Shown: positions 30,525-40,777, counted from the first letter of the stretch. The stretch is 64,000 nt of DNA from Candidatus Iainarchaeum sp. (GCA_026413945.1 JAOAJX010000001.1:32001-96000); one strand, 5' to 3'. The notes: generated from the letters alone by a model not told the origin. Numbers and translations: made by a program.

Positions 30525-31595
30525 TCAATCAAATGGGCGCCTATTCCTCCTCAATCCAAGCACGTTTGGGCGTATTTTGCAAAATAGTCTATCAATAACT
30601 GCTTGAACTTCTTCGGGTTTCAGGCGTGCGTGAAGATCTGCTTCAAGCAACACTGAAGGATAACTGTATTCACGGTGTCCTTTGCTAAGAAGGTAAGCAA
30701 TACTAGCCGCATTTTCAACGCAACTACTTAAGTTTTCTTTTGAGTTTGCTAAAATTTCGACTCTTAAAGGAACATCATGTTTGCTTGGTCTTATATAAAA
30801 AACAAATATTTTTTCGCAGAATTCTTTTTTTATATCCTTAAGCACTGGGTGCTTAGATGGGTTTTTTGAGTATGGGAAAGCAAACGTGCGTTCTCCCTCT
30901 TCCATAATGTAGCTCAAAAGTGTTGTATCATACACTGGTTCTTCTGAATGTAGCTCTAAGGTATCCTGAAGCATCGTACCTTTTGAATCTTCAACGCAGG
31001 CAACAAGCAATACTTCGTAACTAAGAGAACATTCGTAAAGCTCCTGAAAAAGAGATAGGGTTTTTTCGTAAAGTGGTTTTAGGCAAGAGTTTTTTCCTGG
31101 TTTATCTGCACTTTGTGGAACTATTGAGCCATCAAGAAAGCAAAAATCTGGCCTGAATTGCTTGATTGTATCACAAGCCAAATTTGCTTCCTTTGTAAGG
31201 CGCAGTAGGCTTTTGTTAACCGAAATATCTTCGTTTTGCATTGCTTTTGTACAAATTATTGGCTCTGGCAAGGGAATGGCTTTAGGCAAATATTCGGCAC
31301 GCTCTAAAGAATTATTCTTGTAAGTAAAAACAGCAGCAATAGCTCTGATAAGAACAATCTCCAATGTTGATAAGCTTAGATTTGTGAAACCTGAGTCAAC
31401 GCCAGCAACTTTTGCGCTTAGTCTTTGCTCTTTTATAGGAATGAAAAGTTCTTTATCTGGTAAAGATAACTTATGAATTCTATTTGTTGAATCAAAAAGT
31501 TTTGAAGCCAATGACTTAATCTTGTTTTCTTGTTCTTTTATTAAAAAAATTGCACGATTCAATGTTTCTTCAAAGCATAGCATAAGATAAATCAC
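30525..31595 (-). CDS. nurA: NurA nuclease
   Basis: AGVDSG, FLDGS, YSYPSVLLEADLHA; coupled to herA. Confidence 0.85.
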   Translation of the reverse strand: MIYLMLCFEETLNRAIFLIKEQENKIKSLASKLFDSTNRIHKLSLPDKELFIPIKEQRLSAKVAGVDSGFTNLSLSTLEIVLIRAIAAVFTYKNNSLERAEYLPKAIPLPEPIICTKAMQNEDISVNKSLLRLTKEANLACDTIKQFRPDFCFLDGSIVPQSADKPGKNSCLKPLYEKTLSLFQELYECSLSYEVLLVACVEDSKGTMLQDTLELHSEEPVYDTTLLSYIMEEGERTFAFPYSKNPSKHPVLKDIKKEFCEKIFVFYIRPSKHDVPLRVEILANSKENLSSCVENAASIAYLLSKGHREYSYPSVLLEADLHARLKPEEVQAVIDRLFCKIRPNVLGLRRNRRPFD

Positions 31596-31643
31596 ACCAT
31601 GAAGATTTTTTTAAGATTGCTTGGCTTGTTTTCCAGTGAATTT

Positions 31644-32918
31644 TTATCGCTTTGTTATCTTGATCAAAACCCTTTTGTTGCTTGTGCCAACATTTTCAAT
31701 TAGAAGTGTGTGCGTTCCTGGGCCAAGATGAAGGTTGCTGTTTATATCGATTGTTGATTTTGAATAATCTAGGCCTGTTTGCACCTTATATACGCTTTCA
31801 GAAGGATAACAAAAAACAGGGTTAATTCTCTTCAGAAATTCGCCTTCTCTGAAAGCATAACGGTTCTTTTCAATAGAATTGTAAGTGCAAGGTCCAAAAA
31901 CGAAGAAAAACTCTTTTCCGTAACCTGGTGTCCAAAAATGAGTTGCATAGAGGTTGAATATATTTGGATTAACATTGGTTATATTTATTTCATAACAGGA
32001 GCCTGTTGAGGTGAGACCAAAAAAGCTGCTTGTAGACTGAAAGCCAGCATAATCAATATTAAGGCCTGATGTCAGCATTTGACTTGAAACATTGCTTACG
32101 CGGGTTCCATTTATGAAGCTTGGAATGTATAAGTCATAATTCCTATAATTACCATCAAGCTTCACGCCAATTGTGAATGTGTGGTTGGATAACTTTAAAG
32201 CAGCGTAGCTGCTCTTTGTACTTTCAGTGTTACCAGCAATATCAACAGAATAATATTCAATCAAATGGTTGCCATCTTTCACAATAGTGATTATGTTTCC
32301 TGTTTGCCAAAGACCAGAGTCTATTCTGTAATATGTTTTATTACAGCCAGATTTAATATCAGAGCATGTAAGTGTTACATTAAATGAATTTGACTGCCAG
32401 CCAATTGGGGCATTATCAGTGGTTATTGGTGCATTATTGTCTATCATAAAGCCTGAGTTGCTTGAAACAATGCTATTTAGTCCAGTACTATCATGGATAT
32501 TGACATCAATGAAATAATTTCCATCTATAACAGATTCTGTAGTCCAAGAGTATCTGCAAAAAGTAAAATCTTGGAAGTTTGTGTCGTTACAATTAAACAA
32601 GTTTTTGTTGAAAAGATTTCCATCCTTTATTATTAGATTGCTAAAACCACCTTTTGTTGATGAGTAGTATATGTCAATGAAAAGCTCACCGTCCTCTATG
32701 CTAGCTATATCTTCGTCCTTAGCATAAAAATTTATGTCATAAATTCCTCTCAAATATTCTCCGCCATTTGGTGCAACAAGTTGGACTGATGGGGCAGTAG
32801 CTCTTGCTGACAGTTTGCTAAGTATCAAAAATAAGCAAAACAAAAGCAGTCTTTTTGAACAACTAGTTATTTTTTTAATTTTCAAAAAATTTTTATCATA
32901 TGGTTCAATATTTTGCAT
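31644..32918 (-). CDS. Exported Ig-like domain surface protein
   Basis: Signal peptide; APNGGE, IDNNAPITT, YYSVDIAGNTE Ig-like motifs. Confidence 0.7.
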   Translation of the reverse strand: MQNIEPYDKNFLKIKKITSCSKRLLLFCLFLILSKLSARATAPSVQLVAPNGGEYLRGIYDINFYAKDEDIASIEDGELFIDIYYSSTKGGFSNLIIKDGNLFNKNLFNCNDTNFQDFTFCRYSWTTESVIDGNYFIDVNIHDSTGLNSIVSSNSGFMIDNNAPITTDNAPIGWQSNSFNVTLTCSDIKSGCNKTYYRIDSGLWQTGNIITIVKDGNHLIEYYSVDIAGNTESTKSSYAALKLSNHTFTIGVKLDGNYRNYDLYIPSFINGTRVSNVSSQMLTSGLNIDYAGFQSTSSFFGLTSTGSCYEINITNVNPNIFNLYATHFWTPGYGKEFFFVFGPCTYNSIEKNRYAFREGEFLKRINPVFCYPSESVYKVQTGLDYSKSTIDINSNLHLGPGTHTLLIENVGTSNKRVLIKITKR

Positions 32919-33005
32919 ATAATTTTATAAAAGGTTTATTTATTAATAAACATTTTCATATGTAAAAATCAAGTGTTTTTAAACTCTTTCAGGGAATTAG
33001 CTTTT

Positions 33006-34586
33006 ATGGAGTATTTTGAGCATGCACTTCTGAGGCCAAGCACTGTTGAAAAGAGGGCATACCAAGAGCGGCTTGTAAGAAGCTTTTTGGAAAAGGGCAA
33101 TACGCTAATAGTGGCACCAACAGCCATAGGAAAGACAGTGATAGCAGCAATAATTGCTGCGCATGTTATTGAAAAAGGTAAAAATGTTCTTATTTTAGCT
33201 CCTACAAAGCCTTTAGCAGTACAGCACAACAAAACCTTTTGCAATATTTTGAATGTGGAAAAAAATGCTATTGTGCTAATAACTGGTACCACGCCAGCGA
33301 AGAAGCGTGCATTAGCTTATGGTGGCTCCAAAGTTGTTTGTGCTACACCACAGTGCATTGAAAATGATATAAAAAATGGCTCATTGACGCTTGGAAGATT
33401 TGGCCTCTGCATCTTTGATGAAGCACACAGGGCTGTTGGAAATTATGCATATGTTTTTATAGGCAAAGAGTTTTTGAAATTTGGTGGCAATGTTCTTGCG
33501 CTTACAGCTTCTCCGGGCCATGAGAGAGAACATATTGTAGAGGTATGCAGAAACCTGAATATAAGAAACATTGAGATTGTTACTGAGAATGATCCTGATG
33601 TTAAGCCATATCTTCCAGAGCTTAAGCTTGAATGGCTTAGGGTTTCGCTGCCTGAAGATTTTGTGTCTGTGCAAACGCTTTTGAGAAATTATATAAGGGA
33701 ATCTGGTGAAGCTCTTATAAGATCGGGCTTGCGAATGCGCAAGAATGATTTTTTTAATAGAAGCAGGTTATTGGAAGTGCAAAAAAGGGTTAGCTTTCAA
33801 ATAGCAAAGCACGGTCGTAGAAGGCCTGCTCTTTATGGCATTGCATCGAAAATCGCAGCTATAATAAAAGCAAATCATGCTTTGCTTCTTCTTGAGACAC
33901 AAAGTGTAAACGCGCTTATGAGCTATTTTGAAAGGCTTTATGAGAAAAGAAAAGTTGAAAGAGCAACTGTTAGCCTTTTCAACGATGAAAGAATAAAAAA
34001 AGCTATTGAGATAACAAAGGAATTGCACAATAAGAAAGCTAAGCATCCAAAGCTATTGAAGCTATTTGACGTGATTTCTGAGCAACTCGCACGAAACCCT
34101 GAAAGCAGGGTAATTGTCTTTAACCATTATAGGGACTCTGTAAGTGAGCTTACTGAGGCATTAAATTCAATTAAAGAAGTTCGTGCGAGGGCTTTTGTTG
34201 GACAAGCAAAAAAGTTAGGCAATGGAATGAGCCAAAAGGAACAGACAAAAACTATTGAAGATTTTGAGTCCGGAAAATACAATGTTATAGTGGCAACAAG
34301 TGTTGCTGAAGAAGGACTTAATATACCTTCTTGCGATTTAGTTGTTTTCTATGAGCCTGTGCCAAGTGAGATAAGGCAAATACAGCGCAGAGGTAGAACA
34401 GCACGTTTAAGAAGCGGCCGTGTAGTTATTTTAATTACTAGAGATACTAAGGATGAGTCAGCTTATTGGAATGCCAGAAGAAAAGAAAAAGGAATGTTCG
34501 AGCAACTAAGACAGATAAAGAAAGATGGACTTGAGCAGCAGAGCCGCATTACAGATTATGCTTCCTTGGGTGATAATGGTGAGTGA
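33006..34586 (+). CDS. Hef/FANCM-like SF2 helicase (helicase half)
   Basis: PTAIGKT, PTKPL, DEAHRAVG.YAY, TASPG, ATSVAEEGL, QRRGRTAR. Confidence 0.9.
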   Translation: MEYFEHALLRPSTVEKRAYQERLVRSFLEKGNTLIVAPTAIGKTVIAAIIAAHVIEKGKNVLILAPTKPLAVQHNKTFCNILNVEKNAIVLITGTTPAKKRALAYGGSKVVCATPQCIENDIKNGSLTLGRFGLCIFDEAHRAVGNYAYVFIGKEFLKFGGNVLALTASPGHEREHIVEVCRNLNIRNIEIVTENDPDVKPYLPELKLEWLRVSLPEDFVSVQTLLRNYIRESGEALIRSGLRMRKNDFFNRSRLLEVQKRVSFQIAKHGRRRPALYGIASKIAAIIKANHALLLLETQSVNALMSYFERLYEKRKVERATVSLFNDERIKKAIEITKELHNKKAKHPKLLKLFDVISEQLARNPESRVIVFNHYRDSVSELTEALNSIKEVRARAFVGQAKKLGNGMSQKEQTKTIEDFESGKYNVIVATSVAEEGLNIPSCDLVVFYEPVPSEIRQIQRRGRTARLRSGRVVILITRDTKDESAYWNARRKEKGMFEQLRQIKKDGLEQQSRITDYASLGDNGE

Positions 34587-35262
34587 CAAGCAGAGTACTC
34601 TTACAAAATATGTTGTTTGTGAAAAACCGGTTATTTTTTGTGATGATAGGGAAACGAGCTGCAAAGTTGTTCTTTACTTGAAAAAAATGGGTGCAGATAT
34701 CAAAAGCATTCGCTTGGACATTGGTGATTATCTTATATCTGAGAAGATTGTTGTTGAGAGAAAAACATCGGCAGATTTTCTCAGCAGCTTATGCGATGGG
34801 CGTCTTTTTGAGCAAGTTAAAAATATTACATCCTATGAAAAGCCAATTTTAATAATAGAGGGAAGCCCTGAAAGCTTGTTTGCGATTAGGGATATAAACA
34901 AAAAGGCAATACTTGGTGCACTTATAGCTATTAGCATTGACTTTGGCATCTCAATTTTATTTTCTCGGGATGAAGCACAGACTGCGGAGATATTGTATTT
35001 GATTGCAAAAAGAAATCAGCTGGGGCCTAATAAAGAGATTGTGCTTAACAAAAAGAGAAAAATGGGTCTTCTGGAACAGCAACAATTCATAGTGGAATCA
35101 TTGCCATTGATAGGTCCAAAAACAGCAAAGGAGTTATTAAAGAGATTTGGGTCGGTAAGAGGTGTTTTCAGTGCTAACGAGAAAGAGCTTGAAGATGTAA
35201 GCAACATTGGCCCAAAAAAAGCGAAAAGAATAATAGAGGTTCTGGACGCAAAATATAATTAA
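34576..35262 (+). CDS. ERCC4/XPF nuclease with HhH motifs (nuclease half of Hef)
   Basis: DDRE, GDY, VERKT..DF..S..DGRL..Q, HhH LPLIGPK and IGPKKA; own GGTGA RBS. Confidence 0.9.
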   Translation: MVSDKQSTLTKYVVCEKPVIFCDDRETSCKVVLYLKKMGADIKSIRLDIGDYLISEKIVVERKTSADFLSSLCDGRLFEQVKNITSYEKPILIIEGSPESLFAIRDINKKAILGALIAISIDFGISILFSRDEAQTAEILYLIAKRNQLGPNKEIVLNKKRKMGLLEQQQFIVESLPLIGPKTAKELLKRFGSVRGVFSANEKELEDVSNIGPKKAKRIIEVLDAKYN

Positions 35263-35284
35263 AACAAAATATCTAAAGAGACAA

Positions 35285-35355
35285 GCGGCTGTGGTCTAAT
35301 GGCAGGATACCAGCTTCCCAAGCTGGTTGTCCGGGTTCAAATCCCGGCAGCCGCA
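35285..35355 (+). tRNA. tRNA-Gly(CCC)
   Basis: GCGGCTG...CCAGC TTCCCAA GCTGG...GGTTCAAATCC...CAGCCGCA. Confidence 0.95.
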
Positions 35356-35363
35356 CTCCAAAG

Positions 35364-35915
35364 GTGTTCTTCTTGGCTGATTTGCTTGAAGAAAACAGTG
35401 AGTTGCTCGAATACTATAACTCAGCCGGCTTTTTTAAAGGCCTTGCAGATAGAAAAAGTATACATAATAATGGTCTTTGGCATAAAGGAGTTCATGTTTG
35501 GCTGTTTAATAGCAAAGGCCAGCTTTTCCTTAAAAAAAGGTCAAAGTATAAAGAGATGCATCCTTTGCACTGGGAAGACGTTGGCGAACATTTAAAGCCA
35601 AATGAAGATTTCAGAAGCGCAGCACTAAGAGGTCTCAAAGAAGAGCTTGGCGTTGAAGAAGAAAAAATAAAAGAGGTTTATAAGGTTTCAAGCCAAAGAA
35701 TGGAATTTGGCAATGATCGGGAGTTTATTGAATTGTGGTTCTGTATATACGATGGACCGATAATCGAGTCTAAGGAAAGCTTTTCCGGAAGATTTTTCGA
35801 AAAGGAAGAAATAAAGGAAATGATAAGAAAAAGAAGCTTAATAACCCCTTGGTTCAAAGAGCTTTTTTATTGGTGTTTGAAGGAAGATATATGGATAAAG
35901 CAAAAAACTCTCTAA
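35364..35915 (+). CDS. NUDIX hydrolase (IPP isomerase type I/YfcD-like)
   Basis: H..GLWH..VHVWLFNSKG.L....RS..K...P..W, AALRGLKEELG. Confidence 0.8.
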   Translation: MFFLADLLEENSELLEYYNSAGFFKGLADRKSIHNNGLWHKGVHVWLFNSKGQLFLKKRSKYKEMHPLHWEDVGEHLKPNEDFRSAALRGLKEELGVEEEKIKEVYKVSSQRMEFGNDREFIELWFCIYDGPIIESKESFSGRFFEKEEIKEMIRKRSLITPWFKELFYWCLKEDIWIKQKTL

Positions 35916-36280
35916 AAGATGAGATGAAAAGTGTTGCTCTGCAGAGGATAAGAAAACTCTTTGAGCTTGCTGAAGCAAACTTTGATGAGAGGCCCGAACT
36001 TAGCAAACGCTATGTGTGGATTGCAAGAAAGATAGCAATGCGCCATAATGTAAGATTCGATTTCGAAATTAGAAAAAAATTCTGCAAGAAATGTGGTGCA
36101 TTCCTTTCTGTTGGCAAAAATGCAAAAGTTAGAGTGGGGGGCGGCATAGCAAAATTATCATGCATTGAGTGCGGTTTTGTAAGGAAGATATGTTTAAAAA
36201 GAAAACAAAAGGTCAAGGAAGCTAGGAAAAATCCAAGAGACCAAGATTCCAAAAAGAAGAAATGGTGCAAAAGGCGGTAG
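35891..36280 (+). CDS. rnp4: Ribonuclease P protein component 4 (Rpp21)
   Basis: ALQRI..LF, RYV..ARKIAMR, FCKKC...CIECG. Confidence 0.9.
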   Translation: MDKAKNSLKDEMKSVALQRIRKLFELAEANFDERPELSKRYVWIARKIAMRHNVRFDFEIRKKFCKKCGAFLSVGKNAKVRVGGGIAKLSCIECGFVRKICLKRKQKVKEARKNPRDQDSKKKKWCKRR

Positions 36281-37024
36281 GTTTCTGTAAACAGGTACTT
36301 TCTTGATTCCTTTTTTTTTCAATAGCTCTTTTTCTTTCTCAGAAATCACACCTTTAAATGATCCAAGTAATTGGAGGGCATCTTTTTCGAGATATTCTTT
36401 TGCAACTATTTCATCTTCATCAAGTTGGTTTATATTTACCCATTGCAAAAAAAGCTCTTTCTGTATTTGGCTCTTGAAAGCAATAAAAATGAGTGAGAAA
36501 AATAGAGGTAATGAAATTGCTAGAAGCGCAAATAAACTTATGGCATTTAGCACAAAATAAAGAAAATACAAGTAAGCCACAACAAAGATGCCTAAAGCCA
36601 AAGCTTTAAAAGATTCTTTGTCAAGTTTTATTTTCTTCTTATTTTTCGACAGAAAAACCTTAATTATGCTTTTTAGCGGTATCACAAATGCGCTTGTTAG
36701 GGATGCAATAAGCACTACACTGAGCACAAAAATTTTTCCCTTGTAAAATGGCAGAAGCAGTGAAAGGCCTAAAAGAAACTTGACATCGCCACCACCAAGT
36801 TTGCCGGCATAATAAAGCACATATGTGAAGGCAAAGACTAAAGCAGGGATAAAAATAATTATGAGGCTTTCACCCAAAATTATATCTGCTGTAACAAAGA
36901 AAGCACCTAAAGCTATCATTGGATAAGTGACTTTGTCATAAATTAGGCCTTTCTTTATATCAGTATAAGTAGAGATTAAGGCACAAAGTAATATTATTCC
37001 AAACCGGAAATCTTCAAGAAACAT
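36194..37024 (-). CDS. A24 family prepilin/preflagellin peptidase
   Basis: YTDIKKGLI, LGGGDVK (GxGD), C-terminal PPFAPFLLFG; multi-TM. Confidence 0.88.
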   Translation of the reverse strand: MFLEDFRFGIILLCALISTYTDIKKGLIYDKVTYPMIALGAFFVTADIILGESLIIIFIPALVFAFTYVLYYAGKLGGGDVKFLLGLSLLLPFYKGKIFVLSVVLIASLTSAFVIPLKSIIKVFLSKNKKKIKLDKESFKALALGIFVVAYLYFLYFVLNAISLFALLAISLPLFFSLIFIAFKSQIQKELFLQWVNINQLDEDEIVAKEYLEKDALQLLGSFKGVISEKEKELLKKKGIKKVPVYRNLPPFAPFLLFGILVSWIFPSFLDLLFSF

Positions 37025-37025
37025 G

Positions 37026-38357
37026 CTATCGCCAAAATTTTTTCTTTTTCTTCGCTGAAAACTTTTTAAGTATTTTTTCCATGTTAACATCTTCCAAGGA
37101 ATCGGTCTTTGCAATCTTTTTTATCTTACCAAACATGCGCTCCATTTTTTTGTAATTTCTTAATAGTTCTCTTACGCTGGCTTCAGTGCTCCCCGATCCT
37201 TTTGCTATACGCTTTATCCTGCTGCCATTTATAATATCTGGCCTCTTTCTTTCTTGTTTAGTCATGGAATCCATTATTATTTTAAATTTTTTTAGCTTCT
37301 CGCCAGTTATCTCAATCTGTTCTTTTGGCAGCGTTTGTTTGAGGCCCAGCATTTCAGCAACTTTATCAAGAGGTCCCATGCTCATTGTTGCCTTTAGCTG
37401 CTTGTAAAAAACATCTAAGTTGAATTCATCTTCAAATAGCTCTTCTGGGCTTTCAAGTTCAATTTCCGCTGCTTTCTCTAGTAAGCCTTTGAGATCGGGG
37501 TAGCCCATTATTTTGGCAATGTAGCGCTTTGCATCGAAAAGCTCCAACTCATCTGGTTTTTCTCCAGTTCCAACAAAATAAACTGGTGCCTTTGTTTCTG
37601 CACAAGCAGCAATTGTACTACCCGCCTTGGCAGAGCTGTCTGCCTTTGAAATTATTATGCCATTGATGCCAACAGCATCATGAAATGCTTTTGCCTGTTT
37701 TTTTGCAAGTTGTCCGATATCCGCACTTAAAACAAGCCATATCTGGTCTGGTTTTAGCACGTCTTTTATATCTTTTACTTCATCAATAAGCTCGGAATCT
37801 AACGCAGATCTTCCTGCAGAATCAACAATAACAAGATCTTTTTTCTTCATCGTGCTTATTGCCTGTCCAACAATCTTCTTTGCGTCCTTTTCACCTTTTA
37901 TCCCAAAAAAATCAACCCCAACTGCTTCTGAAAGTTGCTTGAGTTGTTCATAGCTTGCTGGTCTATGAACATCAGCACACACGAGCCCAACGCTTAGCCC
38001 ACGCTTCTTATAGAATCTTGCAAGCTTTGCAGCTGTTGTCGTTTTGCCTTGCCCAAAAAGGCCCAGAAGAAGTATTGTTTTAGGCTGCTCAGGTACAATT
38101 GGAGTGCCACCAAGTAAGGCTGAGAGAAGCTCATAAGTATTCTTTACTATGAACTCTTTTCTGGAGAGGCCTTCGGGTGGCTTTTTTTTGGAAAGAGCAC
38201 GAATCTCATTTGCGAGATTGTAGACGAGGTTAACATCAACATCGCTTGCAATTAGAGCTCTTTGAATGTCCTTTATTGATTCTTCTATTGTCTCATCGCT
38301 AAGGAATCTCGCCGAATTTATTCTTTCAAGTGCTTTCCTAAGGTTTTCGCCTAACAT
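37026..38357 (-). CDS. srp54: Signal recognition particle protein SRP54
   Basis: GLFGQGKTTT, DSAGR, GTGEK, M-domain IMDSMT..ER, SRIKRIAKGSG. Confidence 0.95.
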   Translation of the reverse strand: MLGENLRKALERINSARFLSDETIEESIKDIQRALIASDVDVNLVYNLANEIRALSKKKPPEGLSRKEFIVKNTYELLSALLGGTPIVPEQPKTILLLGLFGQGKTTTAAKLARFYKKRGLSVGLVCADVHRPASYEQLKQLSEAVGVDFFGIKGEKDAKKIVGQAISTMKKKDLVIVDSAGRSALDSELIDEVKDIKDVLKPDQIWLVLSADIGQLAKKQAKAFHDAVGINGIIISKADSSAKAGSTIAACAETKAPVYFVGTGEKPDELELFDAKRYIAKIMGYPDLKGLLEKAAEIELESPEELFEDEFNLDVFYKQLKATMSMGPLDKVAEMLGLKQTLPKEQIEITGEKLKKFKIIMDSMTKQERKRPDIINGSRIKRIAKGSGSTEASVRELLRNYKKMERMFGKIKKIAKTDSLEDVNMEKILKKFSAKKKKKFWR

Positions 38358-38408
38358 ACAAGAATAGGTTGTGCAAAATATTAAAAGAAGGTTTGCTTTT
38401 ATATTATT

Positions 38409-39398
38409 TTATATTATTCTCTCAATTATTTCTTCTGGATCAAACCTTTTCAAGGCATCGTAGCTTTGACCTGTGCCAATAAAAATTATCGGCTTCTTAA
38501 GTTCGTGGAGTATGCTGAGCATCGTGCCGCCTTTTGGATCTGCATCGACTTTTGTCATTATGAAAGCATCTATACCAATTGCGTTATCAAATGACTTTGC
38601 CTGTTCAATAAGTGTCTTTCCGGCGAACGCTTCTCCAACAAAAATTTTAATATTTGGCTCAGTTACCCGGGTAATCTTTTTGAGTTCTTGTATAAGATTC
38701 ATGTTTGTTTCTTGACGACCAGCAGTGTCAATCATAACAATATCTATTGATTTTGCTTTTGCTGAATTTATGGCATCAAATGCAACCGCGGCTGGATCAG
38801 CTCCGTATTTGTGCTTTATAAGTGGCACACCTAGCTTCTTTGCGTGCTCTTCTAATTGCTCAATTGATGCCGCTCGGAATGTGTCTGCAGCAGCAAATAT
38901 TGTTGTAAGACCATTTTCACTGAAAAGCTTTGATAGTTTTGCCATTGTCGTGGTTTTCCCGGCGCCGTTTGGTCCTAAAAAAAGTATTTTGAATGGTTTT
39001 TGTGAGGACTTTGCTTTTTCGATAATGTCTATTTGATCAACATACATCAGTTCTTTCAGTGTATGCCTTATGGTTTCCTTGACAAAAGAATCCACGCTTT
39101 TCTTAGGGACGCTCTTGCTCAACAATCTATGTTTGATTTCCTCACAAAATTTTTTTGCAGTATCTTCGTGTACATCTGCCTCAAGCAAAGCTAGCTCTAA
39201 TTCACAAAGGGACTCTCTTAAGTCTGCTTCTCTAAGTCGAACCTCTTTTTCAAAAAGAGCCCTTACCTTTGTTATTGCTTTAAGCTCTGGAGTAAAATCG
39301 CGTTTGTCAGGAATTTCTTCCTTTTTTTCTTCTGGTGCTTTTTTTGTGACACCAGCAACAAAAGCTGAAAGCTTGTTTTTGAGTAAGTCAAACATCAT
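38409..39398 (-). CDS. ftsY: SRP receptor FtsY
   Basis: GPNGAGKTTT, DTFRAASIEQL, DTAGR, TKVDADPKGG, GTGQ. Confidence 0.95.
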   Translation of the reverse strand: MMFDLLKNKLSAFVAGVTKKAPEEKKEEIPDKRDFTPELKAITKVRALFEKEVRLREADLRESLCELELALLEADVHEDTAKKFCEEIKHRLLSKSVPKKSVDSFVKETIRHTLKELMYVDQIDIIEKAKSSQKPFKILFLGPNGAGKTTTMAKLSKLFSENGLTTIFAAADTFRAASIEQLEEHAKKLGVPLIKHKYGADPAAVAFDAINSAKAKSIDIVMIDTAGRQETNMNLIQELKKITRVTEPNIKIFVGEAFAGKTLIEQAKSFDNAIGIDAFIMTKVDADPKGGTMLSILHELKKPIIFIGTGQSYDALKRFDPEEIIERII

Positions 39399-39403
39399 GG
39401 CAC

Positions 39404-39889
39404 CTATGCTACGCCTGGCGTGCTTTCTTGAGCCATTTTTTTCTGCGCTTCCTTAATGATTTTTTCAAGTTGTGAGAGGGAAGTTATTGCTTGCATTTTT
39501 CTCTTTGATACTTCTTTGAGGTTTGTCTTTAGCTGTGATTTTCTGGCCTCCAGACGTTCAATTGCTTTTAAAGAAGGCATCTTTTCGAAATAGTTGTTTC
39601 CTATTTCTAGCTTTACTGATTCTGGTTCGGAAATTTTTGCATAGGCAAATACGCCCGCGCCCAGAGGCACTAAAATGCTTGTGTCTTTTTCAGAAGTTTT
39701 TATTTCTCTGATTGCATTCTGTGCTGCGTCAATTTCTGCAATAATATTATTTATAAAGCTTTCTTGTGATAGTGCTGCCTCAAGCAGTTGCTGGTTCTGT
39801 TGATACATTGCGAGCACTTGCTCAAATGATAACTTTATCTCTTTCTTTTGTGTTTGCTCTTCGCTACTTTTTTCCTTCTTTTTCACCAT
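39404..39889 (-). CDS. pfdA: Prefoldin subunit alpha
   Basis: ILVPLGAGVF, IGNNYF beta-hairpins between coiled coils; conserved operon position. Confidence 0.9.
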   Translation of the reverse strand: MVKKKEKSSEEQTQKKEIKLSFEQVLAMYQQNQQLLEAALSQESFINNIIAEIDAAQNAIREIKTSEKDTSILVPLGAGVFAYAKISEPESVKLEIGNNYFEKMPSLKAIERLEARKSQLKTNLKEVSKRKMQAITSLSQLEKIIKEAQKKMAQESTPGVA

Positions 39890-39893
39890 AAAA

Positions 39894-40091
39894 TCACTCC
39901 TTTCTATCTTCCACATGCTTTACTTTCTGCACTGATTCTATCTTAACGAAGCGCCTTGGTAAGCCATGTTCTGAGCCGAAAAGGCCAAAAAGTTTTTCTT
40001 TTGCAAAGTTTTCTGTTGGCGCATTCACAACCCTACAAAAAGACCTCCAATTGCCCTTGATCCTTATTTTGCCTTTAAACTCAAATTCCAT
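39894..40091 (-). CDS. rpl18a: 50S ribosomal protein L18a (LX)
   Basis: F...V.A.....A.EK....FGSEH.L.R..VKI; between eIF6 and prefoldin. Confidence 0.88.
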   Translation of the reverse strand: MEFEFKGKIRIKGNWRSFCRVVNAPTENFAKEKLFGLFGSEHGLPRRFVKIESVQKVKHVEDRKE

Positions 40092-40100
40092 TCAATCACC

Positions 40101-40757
40101 CTACCCAAAAAAATCATGAATCCTTAAAATCTCATAAGTTGTTGTTCTATTTCCTAAAAGCATTGCCTTTGAGTTCATTACTGCACTGTTGCCAACAAAT
40201 TTGTCACCATAATTAAGAGTGCAGCCAATTCCATCGGTGCCAAAAGCCTTTTTTAGAACCTCAAGCTCTTTCTGCTTGACATTCGGGTTAACAATAAAGC
40301 CATTTTCACAAGCAATTGTGCATGATCCAACTATGTCAAGAGAAGCAATTTTTGTCTGGTAAAAATTAATCCCAAAAAAATATTCTATTGAAGACAATTG
40401 CTCTTTCGTTAGAATCATACTTGCAATGCCTCCTTTTTTACTAACCCTGATCAGATTTCCTATGGCGGTAGTTCCTTCGATTCTTTTTATTTCTAGGCCT
40501 AATGACTCTAATTGCTCAATCTCAGAATCGAGCGCAAGCTCTGAGACAACAAACTTTTTATCCATTCCTGAGCAAAGCACACCGAGCAAAGAACTGTCTG
40601 AAAGTTTTGTCTTTATAATTTCAACGTCAAAAATGTTCTTTAACTTTGCTTCCTCTTTGGGCAGTATTCCTGAAGGAACCAAAGCAACGGTATCTGTAAG
40701 TACAATGAAAACGCCTACAAAGGGGCTTGAATTAACTGTTCCTTTATCAATTTTCAT
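40101..40757 (-). CDS. eif6: Translation initiation factor 6
   Basis: SPFVGVF, GNLI, VGS, T.NYG..FVG, TT.YE..RI. Confidence 0.92.
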   Translation of the reverse strand: MKIDKGTVNSSPFVGVFIVLTDTVALVPSGILPKEEAKLKNIFDVEIIKTKLSDSSLLGVLCSGMDKKFVVSELALDSEIEQLESLGLEIKRIEGTTAIGNLIRVSKKGGIASMILTKEQLSSIEYFFGINFYQTKIASLDIVGSCTIACENGFIVNPNVKQKELEVLKKAFGTDGIGCTLNYGDKFVGNSAVMNSKAMLLGNRTTTYEILRIHDFFG

Positions 40758-40777
40758 AAGAACCTATTAACCTGCAT

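Noticed and set aside
35299-35595. 98-aa ORF starting MAGYQLPKLVVRVQIPAAA, and the similar MARVQIPAAA start of the MFS ORF
   Set aside because: Both are translations of tRNA-Gly sequence, not protein.
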